Shown piece by piece: positions 50,824 through 62,000 of a stretch of DNA of 64,000 bases. Made by a program: the position numbers and the translations under genes. Where the stretch lies: contig CP128816.1 in assembly GCA_051546255.1 (NCBI GenBank), positions 124,001 through 188,000 on the forward strand, given 5' to 3'. The stretch's first letter is position 1. Each line of letters begins with the position of its first letter. The notes below the pieces were generated by a model. It ran no database searches. It had not been told where the DNA came from and saw only the letters and a list, made by a program, of their open reading frames with translations. This DNA is from Meyerozyma guilliermondii (Eukaryota).

Positions 50824-52146
50824 CTAATTCGATGGCTGCGACCGGTCCACATATGGCTCCATATCCATTTCCACGTCTAGCACAAACGACCCGGCTCCCA
50901 GCCCATTGGCGCTCTGCATCCGCATGGGTGCATCGAGCTCACTGATATCTATTGGAATTTCACCGTCGTGGCCATCCATTAACACTTCTCTTGGCTGGAT
51001 TCTATGCAAACTTGCAGCCCGATTTATTTCACCAATATCTGAATCCACGTCGGAGTCGGAAGAGTAGGTGTCGTCTGGATCGTGTGAAGGCTCGGAATTT
51101 TCGGTGGTTTGTGTGGTTGGAGGGGCCGTAGCCGTATGTATGGGAACATATTCTGCCGCATTGTACTCGATGTCCCGATCTTCGTCGGTCACATCGTCCT
51201 CGTCTTCCTCTTCGATTCTGTCCACAGGAACCAACCGCGGCTGTGCCTTGATCGCCGTCATCGTGGGGTCTCGGCCGGAACCCCCAGGACCCTGACCCTT
51301 TTCGGAGTTGGACGCTTTGACGACGTCTCCTACAATCGACGCATTTTCAATGGTATTCCAGTCGGAAAAAATACTCTCTTCTTCGTACGAGTAGATCGAC
51401 CGGGTATTGTTCTTGGTGGGTCGCACCGTGACTCCGGGAATGTAGGCTATGGGAAGAATGTTGGAAGCATTGGTGGTGGAAACCGTAGTTGCGACAGAAT
51501 TACGATGAGATGGATTCAAATATACCAGCCGCTGCTTCAGCGACGAACCTTTGTGCGATGCTCGAGGCCGGCCCGCGGCTTTCCGTTTCGCTTGTGGCTT
51601 GGTAAACAGCTCGTACGACGATATACGACGGTTAGCCATGGCGCCTCGGTTCGGGGCTGTATAGTAGGTTTGATGTCTTCTCATCGGTGGTTTTTCGACG
51701 GGATTTGCAGTAATTGCTGCTCCTCCGGGCCCTGCCGCTTCTCCAGGACCATCGCTGCTGCTTCCTCGGCCCGTAGTTGTGGTTACAGACTCCTCGTCCC
51801 ATTTCATGTCGTTCAACATGAGGTCCAGGTCGTCGAGTGCCACACTTCTTCTCTTGCGATACACGAACCAGTACAACAAAAAGCCCACTATGAGTGCCAA
51901 CGCCACTACTCCACCTACCGCTCCTCCCACAATGCCTCCGGTGTTGGTCAGACCACCGGTGGACTCGGATTTCACGCACGACGCAATGGCGCACGTATGA
52001 CAAGTTCCTTGAGTGAACTGGCATTCTTCGCCTTTTTTACACGTGGGACAAGTGGGTACAGAGCAGATGATACAGCCATCGGAGCCGGTGGACGTGGCTC
52101 TTTCCACAAGTGTGGGTATGTCGAATACTGTGTCTGATTTTGACAT
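50824..52146 (-). CDS. OPY2: Membrane anchor of the HOG/filamentation pathway
   Basis: Cys-rich extracellular DGCIIC...C domain, one TM, conserved NASNILPIAYIPGVT; next to TKL1. Confidence 0.9.
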   Translation of the reverse strand: MSKSDTVFDIPTLVERATSTGSDGCIICSVPTCPTCKKGEECQFTQGTCHTCAIASCVKSESTGGLTNTGGIVGGAVGGVVALALIVGFLLYWFVYRKRRSVALDDLDLMLNDMKWDEESVTTTTGRGSSSDGPGEAAGPGGAAITANPVEKPPMRRHQTYYTAPNRGAMANRRISSYELFTKPQAKRKAAGRPRASHKGSSLKQRLVYLNPSHRNSVATTVSTTNASNILPIAYIPGVTVRPTKNNTRSIYSYEEESIFSDWNTIENASIVGDVVKASNSEKGQGPGGSGRDPTMTAIKAQPRLVPVDRIEEEDEDDVTDEDRDIEYNAAEYVPIHTATAPPTTQTTENSEPSHDPDDTYSSDSDVDSDIGEINRAASLHRIQPREVLMDGHDGEIPIDISELDAPMRMQSANGLGAGSFVLDVEMDMEPYVDRSQPSN

Positions 52147-52728
52147 GAAAAAAAGAGACAGAAAATGAAAGAAAAATCAGACAAGTAGTGTTTCCTTCTG
52201 CTTTAGTGAATCTCGGGAGGATGTGAGATGTTTCTTTGATTCTCACTGTTTATTGATCTTGATCTTGATCTCTGATGGTTCTTGATCTCTTAAGATGTTG
52301 TCTCTTTGTTTTTCTCTGATCTCGGTCAGCTGACTCTATCCTATCTCAGCTTTCCCTGTAATATCAGCAGTTTCCTGAAAGCTAATGAACACTTCGTACA
52401 ATAGCAAATCTATAGCAGGTTCAAAAATGGAAAATTATCATCCACGTATTTTCCGATCTGGAAAGTTATCACCAACACTTGATCCTAGGTATCAGCCTTC
52501 CAGTATCGCAGATAAAACAGAAACGTATACCAATCAAATAAAACTAGTATCAAAAGGTTCCGTAGATGGAATTTGTGTCAAAAAAATCTTGCTTCTGTTA
52601 ATAGATCAACCCGTTTCAGTTTAATATGTACTGCATCTAGCATGGCTCTGCCCCTCGCAAATGGCTGCAAAGAGTACTACAGTTCCTGGCTACAGTTTGC
52701 AAAGAGTTTGTCTATATTAGCATTAGAT

Positions 52729-54231
52729 TTACTGAAACACCTCCCGAAGCTCGGCTGGGAAGTCAAAGTTCTCTTTTCTTCGGGTGAGCCAAGTTTTCTC
52801 GTAGTCAAAGTATTTATAGCTTGTCGCATCTCCCGATGGAGTTGGAGATTTCGCTGCCTTTTCTGGAAAATGCCATTGCTTTGTTTCATGGTGAAACACC
52901 CATCCACGCTTGGAGAGCTCTCTCGCCGCATTCCATTTAGCCAAGGCATTGCTTCCCTCCAAGTAATAGAAGCAGAAAAATAGTGTGTCATTATCGAACT
53001 TTTTCATGATATGGCTCAGGTTCAATTCGTACATGGGTTCTTGTGGATAATCCACCAGCGAAGGGTGGGTGTTGAGCGGGTGGTACTGGCGGGGTTTTTC
53101 GGCATCAAACGAGTCCGGACAGTTGAGAAGTGACGTTTCTAACATGGGGGCAGCCACTGCAAATGGAAGAGGGTGCTGCAACCGTCTGGCCGCCATTTGG
53201 GTCGAAGCAGTAACACCTTCTCCAAACGTAGATATTACGCTGGGCAGGGTGGATTTGCGAGGAATGGGCGAAGCAGTGGACGACTTGGGCTCGAGTCCTG
53301 GAGGAGGTGCCTTGACTACGTTTGAGTAGAGTTTCTTTGGCAAATCCTTCGCAGGTTCTTTTGAAGGCTCTTTTGAAGGCTCTTTGGCAGAATCTTTTGC
53401 AGAATCTTTAGCAGAGGCCTCAGAAGTTTGTTCCTTTGGTCGTTGGTCACCGTGTTCATGGTTGTCTTCCTTTTTCTCTCTGGGTGCCTCAACTGCCATC
53501 TGTGCCAACAGCCCTTCGTCCACCTTCAATTGATCGTAAAAGTCATCATACTCAACATAATCCTCCTCCTGGTTGTTCTCAACGTAATAATCAAGATCGT
53601 CCTTGATTTCGTCGATTTTCTCCGGTGCCAAAAGGTCGGTTTCGAGATTGTGCAACACCTCTTCAAGCCTCTCCACATGGCTCTTGTTACGCGCCAACGA
53701 CTCGCGCGCGAATTCCAACTCCTTCTGGGCTCCAGCAGTGTTCTTGTTCTTCTTTAACTGCTGGGTAAGTGAAATGATGTCCAGGTCGAGAGTTTCGTTC
53801 TGTTGGTTCAATTGGTCAATTATGTCGGAAATATAAGTACACGACTCTGCCTTTTTGGAATCGTCGGCTCCACCAAACTTGTTGAACCTCCGTTGGCTTT
53901 GGAGCTCGAGTCCTTCATTGGAGAACTGTTTTATTTTCGAGATCTTTTCCAAATCTTTAAACTGGTCCATAGCATGCTCTATTTTCGTGCGGTTTTCTTG
54001 CAACGAGTTTTTGTCTAGCTTGATGCTGCTATCGGAGAGCCACTGCTTGAGCTGGTCACGCAGTTTCTGAAGCTTTTTGATCTCCTTCTTCAAATCATTT
54101 TCGAGTTTCTCTCGTTGCTGACCCACGTCTGGCGAGACTAACTTTTCGTACGTTTCATCAAAGGCTGTTAGTCCTTCAGATATCTTTTTGTTGATCTTGT
54201 CAAACTCCTGTTGGAGCTTCCGTGCACTCAT
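52729..54231 (-). CDS. NOT5: CCR4-NOT subunit
   Basis: MSARKLQQE...REKLENDLKKEIKKLQ Not3/5 N-domain; NOT box DTLFFCFYY...YKYFDYEKTW; clustered with LTP1/TKL1/OPY2. Confidence 0.88.
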   Translation of the reverse strand: MSARKLQQEFDKINKKISEGLTAFDETYEKLVSPDVGQQREKLENDLKKEIKKLQKLRDQLKQWLSDSSIKLDKNSLQENRTKIEHAMDQFKDLEKISKIKQFSNEGLELQSQRRFNKFGGADDSKKAESCTYISDIIDQLNQQNETLDLDIISLTQQLKKNKNTAGAQKELEFARESLARNKSHVERLEEVLHNLETDLLAPEKIDEIKDDLDYYVENNQEEDYVEYDDFYDQLKVDEGLLAQMAVEAPREKKEDNHEHGDQRPKEQTSEASAKDSAKDSAKEPSKEPSKEPAKDLPKKLYSNVVKAPPPGLEPKSSTASPIPRKSTLPSVISTFGEGVTASTQMAARRLQHPLPFAVAAPMLETSLLNCPDSFDAEKPRQYHPLNTHPSLVDYPQEPMYELNLSHIMKKFDNDTLFFCFYYLEGSNALAKWNAARELSKRGWVFHHETKQWHFPEKAAKSPTPSGDATSYKYFDYEKTWLTRRKENFDFPAELREVFQ

Positions 54232-54543
54232 GGTGAGTATAAGTGTGGTCTTCTACAGATTAAAAGAGCTAGGAATGGTGGTGGAGTATGTGAGAAAAGG
54301 CGGACTGTGACGTGCTGAGGGTGCTGACAATTACGCGAAAATGGATATGGACAAACTAAACCAAATTCAGTCTACACACAAGGGATCTAGATGGTATTCT
54401 GTTGTCTGGACTGTCTGGTACTCTCAGATATTGGCTAAACGGCATTGACCCTTACAAAAGTTTGCGCTAATCTTCTCACAATGACCATCAGTCGCACACT
54501 CACCTATGGCTGCGAATTTCTAGTCATAGGCGTATTGGTTGTT

Positions 54544-55139
54544 CTACAAATTCTGCTTCTCTCCCAACTCCTGCTTCAAGAACTCATCGCTAAAGTGACT
54601 CAACTGCTTGAAATTGGTTTCAAACCCATCAATTCCACCGTAATATGGGTCCACCACAATCTTGCCGAACGACTCGTCCGTCCTCCATTCGCCAAAAAGC
54701 GCCACTTTAGCATTGCTATTGCGTGGTTTCATATGTAACAAGTCTTCCTTGTTGGAATTGTCCATGGCAATCACATAATCAAACTTTTTAAACTCACTGC
54801 TGGTGATCTGTTGAGCTGAGTGGTTCACAGGAACACCATGTTTACGACAAGTCTTCACGGAACGGGAGTCTGGAGACTCACCAGTGTGCCAGCCTCCGGT
54901 ACCATACGAATCTATAAGATTGAACCGGTTTTCGTACCCTAGTTCTTTGACTCTACTCTTGAAAACTGCTTCCGCCATTGGCGACCGGCAACTTTGGTTA
55001 GTTGAGAGCAAAAATGTGGACCCAGGGTCCCAAGAAGACTGGTGAGGAACTTGGGTGCTGCTTGTGTAGTCTGTGACACTTACATGTTTCCAAGGCATAC
55101 GAAAGCCACAGATATTTTGGAGTCGTCAGTATTGGACAT
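54544..55139 (-). CDS. LTP1: Low-molecular-weight protein tyrosine phosphatase; exon 1 55139-55084, intron 55083-54992
   Basis: Splicing (GTAAGT...AACTAACCAAAG) restores ISVAFVCLGNICRSPMAEAVF; DPYYGG motif. Confidence 0.93.
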
Positions 55140-55309
55140 TAAGGTTTTAGCGGTGGAATTCGCACTCACCGGCAGATAGCGACACCGGAATCAAGCCTAG
55201 CGAGAAATTACCGAGAGTGGAACTGTAATCGAATTCTTATGAAAAATAACTCGATTCTTTTACTGCTATAAATATGAGGATGTTAATCCACCGAATCAAC
55301 GACAACTGC

Positions 55310-58102
55310 CTAAACTATTATATTAGACTTCAGTTCCACCTGATCGAAATTCTTTCGCCATTCCTCAAACAGAATTGGCTCATGTAGCCAATCTGACCTC
55401 TTCACATCACCACCTAAATCATCCACAGCTTCCCTCTTTGGAGGTTCCGACAAAACCTCGCAAATCTGAATTATATCCGATGCCACGACGTCTCGAATCA
55501 AATCAACTTGCCTGAAAGACGAAGTGATAGCTTCTGGTCTTACAGAACAGCTCCACTCACCATGTTGAACAGGTGAGAGAGGTGAATGGCCATGGACACT
55601 CGCCTTGTCGGCGGCATCTTCTCCAAGTTCAAGTAAGTTAGCAAGCGTAGCATAGAAGAATTTTTCTGGATCTGAAGTAGAAAGGCTCCTCCGGTGAGCA
55701 ACTCTAGTGTCCGTGGATGAGCGTCCAAAGATCTCTTCCAATGGAACATCGATGGAGCCTCCTTTTGCTGGAGAATATTCCTGTGGTGTATTTTTGTTAC
55801 TTCCTGGTTGTCCATGGGGAGTAGGGAAGCTGTTCGGGGACCTTGAAGCGCCCACACCGCTTCCTGGAGTTCCAGCATTGGCCGCTGGTGTTGGTATACC
55901 GCCTGCATTGGACACAGATTTGGTTGAACCTTTTCTGCGAGACTGTGCTGGAGGTTTCTTGGCTTGAGGTTTGGGGGTAGCTCTTTGAACCATTGGCAGA
56001 CCCGCCATCATAGGACTGCTGAACCGCGGAGTTTGTCCTGGATGAGTTGAAGGAGGTTTTGTCGATTGCGAGGTAGGAGGTGCAAGCAGCGTTGACTGTT
56101 GAGTTTGGGGCTGCACAGGAAGTCTGTTGAAAAGAAGGTTCAGGTTCTGAGTCTGAGTCTGTTCCGAAACTTGTGCGGGAATATTACTAGGCATCTGGCT
56201 CTGGTTCATCATTCCCATTGCATTTTGGTTTTGGTTCATTTGGTTTTTCCTTGCTGCAAACTGCTCTTTGACATACTCAAAATACTTTTGGTACTGCAAC
56301 TTTAGCTTCTCCAATAAATCGGGCCCAGCTAAATACACACCCTTTTGAAGACTCTCCATTATGTTCTTGGTCATGTACTTCATTTGAATGAGCCGCTTCG
56401 TTCCTTCGGCATTTCTGGTGAGGATATAGAAGTAGCTGATGATACTGTCGACATTGGAATACAGCTGCGAAATTCGCATAACAGCGTCTCGAACAGCATC
56501 CTTTTGCGGTCCGGTCAACGACATGGTAACGTCTTTTAATGCAATGCTGTTTCTGGCCACCTCTTCCACCAACTGCCGAAGTTTCATTTTCATTTCGTCG
56601 TTGAGAGGAGGAAGTTGCATGCGCTGCTGCTGCTGCTGCTGTTGAGGAGGAGGAACAGGAGACATATGCATATTCATCATAGGCAGTGCCTGCGCCGGAG
56701 CCAGTTGGGGTGGTACTGGTTGAGCTGGAAGAGCTTGTGGTTCCTGAGAAGAAAATTGACTGCTTGGTGGAAACTGCTGCTGAGGAGCTGAAGCAGGAGG
56801 CTGCGACTGTTGCATTCGACGAGCTGCTTCCTGTTGCTTCCAAGCAGTTGCTTTCTGGTGAGATATGTACTTTCTGATAAAGCTTTCTTTTTGCACCTGG
56901 TCCAAGTTGGGGGATATAGAGCCATTGCTTTGAAGACGACTGAGAAGGTTCATTGCATCACCGCTGTATTTTGCCATATCTTGGGGAGTAATGGTCAAAT
57001 TCGGCGGTTTAGGAGGCTGCTGTTGTTGCTGTTGTTGCTGTAACATTTGGCTGTTTCTCATTTGGTTTTGCAACATTTGCTGTCTCTGCTGAACAGACAT
57101 GTTGGAATTGATGTTGTTGGCATTCACATTCAAGTTCGTTCCATTCATGTTTCCGGTACTCATATCCATGTTCTGGGTGTTCAAGTTGGTATTGGTACTG
57201 TTGTTCATGTTCACATTCATGTTTCCACCGCGATTCAACCGTTGCTGGTGCTGACGCATTACGATCGAGACATGAGCACCGTGCATTTCCTTGATTACTG
57301 GCATAGCCACGGCAGGAATGATTTTCTTCTGGTAGCAGTCGAATATTTGGTTCCATGTGTTCACGTTTGGTGGAAGATGGGGGATTTGTGACAAAAGGGC
57401 AGGAGGTATGGGGGTATTGCGAATCATGTTACTAACTTGTTGAAGCTGAGAACCCAGCGGTTGAGTTGTCGCTTGTTGTAAGTTCGGAGACGACAGCGGC
57501 TGAGGGTTTTGCTGGCGCATTGGCTGCTGCATGAATCTTTGATTGGGGCTCAGTTGGTTCATGTTCATGTTCATGTTCGGGGACGAATTCTGGCCCATAT
57601 TCTGGCCCATTCCCAGGCTCACGCTCTGGTTCAAGGTTTGATTTACGCTTGGGTTGATGTTCTGATTCACGTTCTGGTTCATGTTCAGATTCATATTGCC
57701 CATGGTCAGGTTCATACCGGACATGTTCATGTTGGACATATTCAGGTTCATGTTCAGGTTCATGTTCATGCCTCCATTCATGTTCAGGTTCATTCCGTTC
57801 ATATTCAGGTTCATTCCGTTCATGTTCACGTTTCCATTCATCATACTCTTCCTTCTACTGTTCTCTCGGAGCTGCATGACCTTTTGTTCGATGAGCCTCA
57901 AATACTCATCTCGACTGGTAGACTTCATGAACGTATACTTTTCGAATTCCTGGGCCATGGTGGCGGCTCTTTGTGGGTCATAGTTGCTGCTCTGGATGTC
58001 CTTGAGCGCCAGAGACAAAAGTTGGACCACTTTTTGCCGGTCAGCCCCGGAGTAGCGTGAATGCCATGAGTTCATCTGCTGGTTCATTGGCGGGTTGTAC
58101 AT
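55310..58102 (-). CDS. GAL11: Mediator tail subunit Med15 (KIX domain, Q/N-rich)
   Basis: N-terminal KIX WHSRYSGADRQKVV...EFEKYTFMKSTSRDEY; polyQ and N/M tracts. Confidence 0.85.
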   Translation of the reverse strand: MYNPPMNQQMNSWHSRYSGADRQKVVQLLSLALKDIQSSNYDPQRAATMAQEFEKYTFMKSTSRDEYLRLIEQKVMQLRENSRRKSMMNGNVNMNGMNLNMNGMNLNMNGGMNMNLNMNLNMSNMNMSGMNLTMGNMNLNMNQNVNQNINPSVNQTLNQSVSLGMGQNMGQNSSPNMNMNMNQLSPNQRFMQQPMRQQNPQPLSSPNLQQATTQPLGSQLQQVSNMIRNTPIPPALLSQIPHLPPNVNTWNQIFDCYQKKIIPAVAMPVIKEMHGAHVSIVMRQHQQRLNRGGNMNVNMNNSTNTNLNTQNMDMSTGNMNGTNLNVNANNINSNMSVQQRQQMLQNQMRNSQMLQQQQQQQQPPKPPNLTITPQDMAKYSGDAMNLLSRLQSNGSISPNLDQVQKESFIRKYISHQKATAWKQQEAARRMQQSQPPASAPQQQFPPSSQFSSQEPQALPAQPVPPQLAPAQALPMMNMHMSPVPPPQQQQQQQRMQLPPLNDEMKMKLRQLVEEVARNSIALKDVTMSLTGPQKDAVRDAVMRISQLYSNVDSIISYFYILTRNAEGTKRLIQMKYMTKNIMESLQKGVYLAGPDLLEKLKLQYQKYFEYVKEQFAARKNQMNQNQNAMGMMNQSQMPSNIPAQVSEQTQTQNLNLLFNRLPVQPQTQQSTLLAPPTSQSTKPPSTHPGQTPRFSSPMMAGLPMVQRATPKPQAKKPPAQSRRKGSTKSVSNAGGIPTPAANAGTPGSGVGASRSPNSFPTPHGQPGSNKNTPQEYSPAKGGSIDVPLEEIFGRSSTDTRVAHRRSLSTSDPEKFFYATLANLLELGEDAADKASVHGHSPLSPVQHGEWSCSVRPEAITSSFRQVDLIRDVVASDIIQICEVLSEPPKREAVDDLGGDVKRSDWLHEPILFEEWRKNFDQVELKSNIIV
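57540..57845 (-). repeat. Asn/Met-rich coding repeat (ATGAAC-based, including 21-bp units) in GAL11
   Basis: Repeated GTTCAT and TTCAGGTTCAT on the + strand. Confidence 0.85.
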
Positions 58103-59035
58103 TTTTTTTTGTTATGAACAAGTGGGTTTTAAGCTTAATGGAACAGAAGAGTGATGTGCTGGAGATTTTGGTCAGATATATGGTTCGTTTTGGATTTTTT
58201 CGATTTTCGTTCCAAATATAGTTTTCACTAATGGTATCAATTTACAACACAAAAAGTGCTGCGGACGACAACGTGTCTTGCTGTAGTGCTCCAGTGCACT
58301 CTGCTTGCGTTACCACTCGGAACTGTCAAAAATATGGGAGGTTCCAGGTTTCAATTTAAGCTGATCCAAACGAAATCGTGCGGGGCGGATTATTAACTAG
58401 CAACGCAGACGACCTTGAGATTTTGGTGGTTGGGCCGGTTTTTGGCGGGGCAGATATGGCGGGGTTTCTTTAACGAAGCCACAGAAAGATATACGGCAGG
58501 ACCCTGTATATATACCTAGCAGGTTTATTTCAGAGTATAACTTGATTTTATATGTAAATTCTACGATATAGGTTATTTTCACCAGGACTCGGACTCTAGT
58601 GTTGGCGGTGCGGTTCCAGATGATGCGGCACGGTGCAGCTGTGTGCAGCATAAGGCTGAACGTCTGGAAGAGCCAGTAGCCGACGTGCATAAGAACCAAT
58701 TTGGCATAATGATTCGATACGAAACAGTGATTAGAATCTGTAAGCGAATGACCTGATTTAAATATATGCTTTGAAACAGAAAATTGATCTGTGAGATTTG
58801 CAGCAAGAACGAATTCGCAGCAAGATCTAGAGTCTGACAAGATGGAGCTAAGATTTCATTTCAGGAAAAAATATATTATGATGTCAGTGAACAGTGCAAC
58901 GTGAACGTTACATTGTAATGTTACAATGCGGACGACAATTGAACGGTACAATGTAAATTCATTTCATATACAGTGGAACAGATTCGACAAAATAATGTCA
59001 ATTTACTACTTTCATGGTATTTTTCAGTATCTATA

Positions 59036-61906
59036 CTATATCGTTGTGTAGGTTCGCTTGATCGCACGCTTGTCCCGAGCGCTTTTTTGTTCTTCTTCAT
59101 CAATATATTCGGTCTCATGTTCGAGTCTCCATTGCTGCTTGGCATACTTGAGACCTTGGGTATTGAACCCTACCTCTGTGGAACTGGTCTGTAACGCTTG
59201 TCTTATCTGTTCCTTCACAACCATCAACTGGTTTTTGAGTTTAGGGTCTCGCTGCCCTATCAATTCTCGAGCATTGCTCTTCACAATGAAGAATAAAATC
59301 TTACAAATAAGTGAAAGATGGACAATGTTCCCCGCGATTTGACTTCCACTTGTCCACACTTCAATGAGTTTCAACAACTTGAGTGTATAGGAAAATGGCA
59401 ACACCAAAAGTGCATCTTCCATATGCGACAGTCTGATCTTGGATGCTACGCTCAAGACATATTCCTGTCCACTTACTCCCATTGCCATTAACACCGTATG
59501 CTGTGTAGGACGTACTGGAGCTGGACCTGCCTTCAGAGCATTGTACCGCTTCATATCGGCGTCATATTGCTCATGGTTGCAAATATCTTCATATCCAATA
59601 TCGAGCGCTTCCATGAGTTTTTCTCCAGCTTTCAAAGTTTCCATCGTCTGCTTCTGAACACCCGTAGTCTCTTCTTCGTCTTGCTCACCACTCTTTTCTT
59701 GTTCAACACCCTCGAGTAATTCTTCCTCATAAAGTTCGTCCATTTCCTTTTCTCGCTCTTCCTCCAAAAACACCTGGTCGTCTCCAGCCATCCATAAACG
59801 AATGGAATGATCGTGAGATGTCGAACACACAAACAGCCCGTCACTACTTGCACTCAAGCACCACACTTCGGACTGGTGTGCCGCTAACTTTTGCACACAT
59901 TCAAATTTGTCTCCGTCCCAATATTTCACCACTCCATCTTTTCCAGCTGAGAAAAAATTGTGGGTTTCGCCAAGAAACTTGACATTCATAATCGAGTCCT
60001 GGTGCCCAAAAATCGACTTGTGGCAGTCTCCGAAGTCAAGACCCCATATCTTGATGTTCTTGTCGGCGGCAGAAGTTGCAATCAATTTTGAATCTGAAGA
60101 AATGTCGATGGAAAGAACCGGCAACTTATGACCATACAAGGTCAAAAATAACTTCGAGGTATCCATGAAAAGAACCTGAACATTGTTGTTAAGAAGCGAG
60201 ATTGCCAACAACCGAGAATCAGGCGATACTTTGACACAAAGAACATCTTCGTTGACCTCAATCGTCTTACTATGAACCATCCGCATCCTCAGAATGGTGG
60301 TTTCGGTTCCAGGAACCGTTTCCTTTTCGACATTGAAATTCCAGAATCTCACCGTCTTGTCGTTTCCTCCCGTCACCAACTGGTGTCCATCAGGAGTTAA
60401 GTCCAACGTCCATACTGCCGACCCTTCGTCTTCACCATGGGCAGATTCAACCCGGTCAACCAACGAAGAAGATGTCAAGTCCCACAACTCCAAAGCACCA
60501 TTTTTGAACCCAACGACTATCAAAGTGCCTCCAGGAAGAAATTTGCAACATAATGCGTATCCACTATCCAACACAAACGATCTGATAACGTTTTGGGTCT
60601 TGAGATTCCATACCTTGAGTTCACCGTTGGATGCAGTGGCTATTAACTTATCGTCTGGTGAGATATCCATGGCTCTAATGTCACTTCTATGGCCCAACTG
60701 TTCAACTGTGTTCTGCTTCACTGGTATGACATCTGTTGGAGTGGCTTTTTTGACCAGCTCTGGCAGAGAAATGGTATAGTACTCAATGGAATTGTTGGCG
60801 AGAGAAACCAATAACCCCATTTTTCTTGATGATTTTGGTGCCCATGAACAGGACCGGATTTTGGCGGAAGCTCTTACCGTCGTATATGGAACCACAAGCA
60901 TGCTGATCTGAGCTTCTTGTATTGACTGCTTGATCTCCTCTTGATCAAGTCCCTTTTCTGCTAATCTTTTTGTTCTTCGAGCAATTCCCTTCTTGATTTC
61001 ATCGTCCAGTCGTATTCTGAATATTTCAATGGTACGGTCGGCATTCTGCAAACACAAAATGGTCGCTGTAGTATCAGCAATGGAAATATCCTGAAACTGA
61101 ATCTCGCTCGTTCTGGCTTTACTTTGCTTTTGAAAATTACCCAATTCAACAATTTTCTGTGTATCTGGCTCGGTAAGATCCAATTTCCACACCTTGATCT
61201 CATCACGATTTCCAGCCGTAAAAACTAGTCCTCGCTCCGTATCGGTGCCCAAGGACCAGCACTCACTTGAATGTGCAACATGAGTCTCTACACACTGCTG
61301 ACTCTTCAAATCCCACAATTTGATAAGTCCATCTTTCGAAACACTCATCAAGTAATCTTCCATGGAATCACTGAGGTCCTCATTATTATGCAACGAAAGT
61401 AGCTCAGTACCGGTTATCTGTCCCTTGTGACCCTTAAGCTTAAACAATCCTTCTTCGCCAACCAAATCCCACATTATGATACTGGAATCGAACGAGCCGG
61501 ACACAAGACGAGCTCCGGTTCTGTCAAACTTGAGTATACTCACGCCCGACTTGTGGCCCTGAAACGTCATTATAACAGATGCTGATGCTAAATCCCACAC
61601 TTTAATGGACCCATCGCTGTATCCTGATGCTACAATGTTGGATTCGGGGTGGTATGCTAATACGGTGACTGTGGCTGGTGCCAGCGAAGTGGGAGCATTG
61701 TGGGCTCCAGGAGTCAACCCGTCTCTTAAACGGCTGATAATCTCTCCTGTCTTGATGTCCCATACGAGAATCTCTTCTAAAGCGGCAGTTAATGCTCTTC
61801 CAATGGATTTGGATGATTGAAGTGGAGGTAACCATATGACATTGGAGTTGGAAGCGATGACTCCAAAGCTTGCTTCTTGTTCATATCTATCGTATGACTT
61901 TACCAT
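59036..61906 (-). CDS. DIP2: SSU processome WD40 protein Utp12
   Basis: MVKSYDRYEQ, GHRSDIRA, LYGHKLPVLSIDIS, KIWGLDFGDCHKSIFGHQDS, LKAGEKLMEAL. Confidence 0.95.
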   Translation of the reverse strand: MVKSYDRYEQEASFGVIASNSNVIWLPPLQSSKSIGRALTAALEEILVWDIKTGEIISRLRDGLTPGAHNAPTSLAPATVTVLAYHPESNIVASGYSDGSIKVWDLASASVIMTFQGHKSGVSILKFDRTGARLVSGSFDSSIIMWDLVGEEGLFKLKGHKGQITGTELLSLHNNEDLSDSMEDYLMSVSKDGLIKLWDLKSQQCVETHVAHSSECWSLGTDTERGLVFTAGNRDEIKVWKLDLTEPDTQKIVELGNFQKQSKARTSEIQFQDISIADTTATILCLQNADRTIEIFRIRLDDEIKKGIARRTKRLAEKGLDQEEIKQSIQEAQISMLVVPYTTVRASAKIRSCSWAPKSSRKMGLLVSLANNSIEYYTISLPELVKKATPTDVIPVKQNTVEQLGHRSDIRAMDISPDDKLIATASNGELKVWNLKTQNVIRSFVLDSGYALCCKFLPGGTLIVVGFKNGALELWDLTSSSLVDRVESAHGEDEGSAVWTLDLTPDGHQLVTGGNDKTVRFWNFNVEKETVPGTETTILRMRMVHSKTIEVNEDVLCVKVSPDSRLLAISLLNNNVQVLFMDTSKLFLTLYGHKLPVLSIDISSDSKLIATSAADKNIKIWGLDFGDCHKSIFGHQDSIMNVKFLGETHNFFSAGKDGVVKYWDGDKFECVQKLAAHQSEVWCLSASSDGLFVCSTSHDHSIRLWMAGDDQVFLEEEREKEMDELYEEELLEGVEQEKSGEQDEEETTGVQKQTMETLKAGEKLMEALDIGYEDICNHEQYDADMKRYNALKAGPAPVRPTQHTVLMAMGVSGQEYVLSVASKIRLSHMEDALLVLPFSYTLKLLKLIEVWTSGSQIAGNIVHLSLICKILFFIVKSNARELIGQRDPKLKNQLMVVKEQIRQALQTSSTEVGFNTQGLKYAKQQWRLEHETEYIDEEEQKSARDKRAIKRTYTTI

Positions 61907-62000
61907 TTCACTCTAGCGATGTTGAAGAGGTGCTGGTGATATAGTTCAGTTGTATGCAAATAGGAAGCTATGCTCTTCTCGTTAGCTTCGAATGCGGCTC

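Noticed and set aside
58397..58840. 147-aa minus-strand ORF upstream of GAL11
   Set aside because: Non-ATG start and no protein-like motif; overlaps probable promoter elements.
30328..61906. Apparent functional clustering of ribosome-biogenesis genes (UTP13, DIP2, RRN5, IFH1) and HOG genes (NBP2, OPY2)
   Set aside because: The genes are dispersed among unrelated ones; ancestral synteny and chance explain it.
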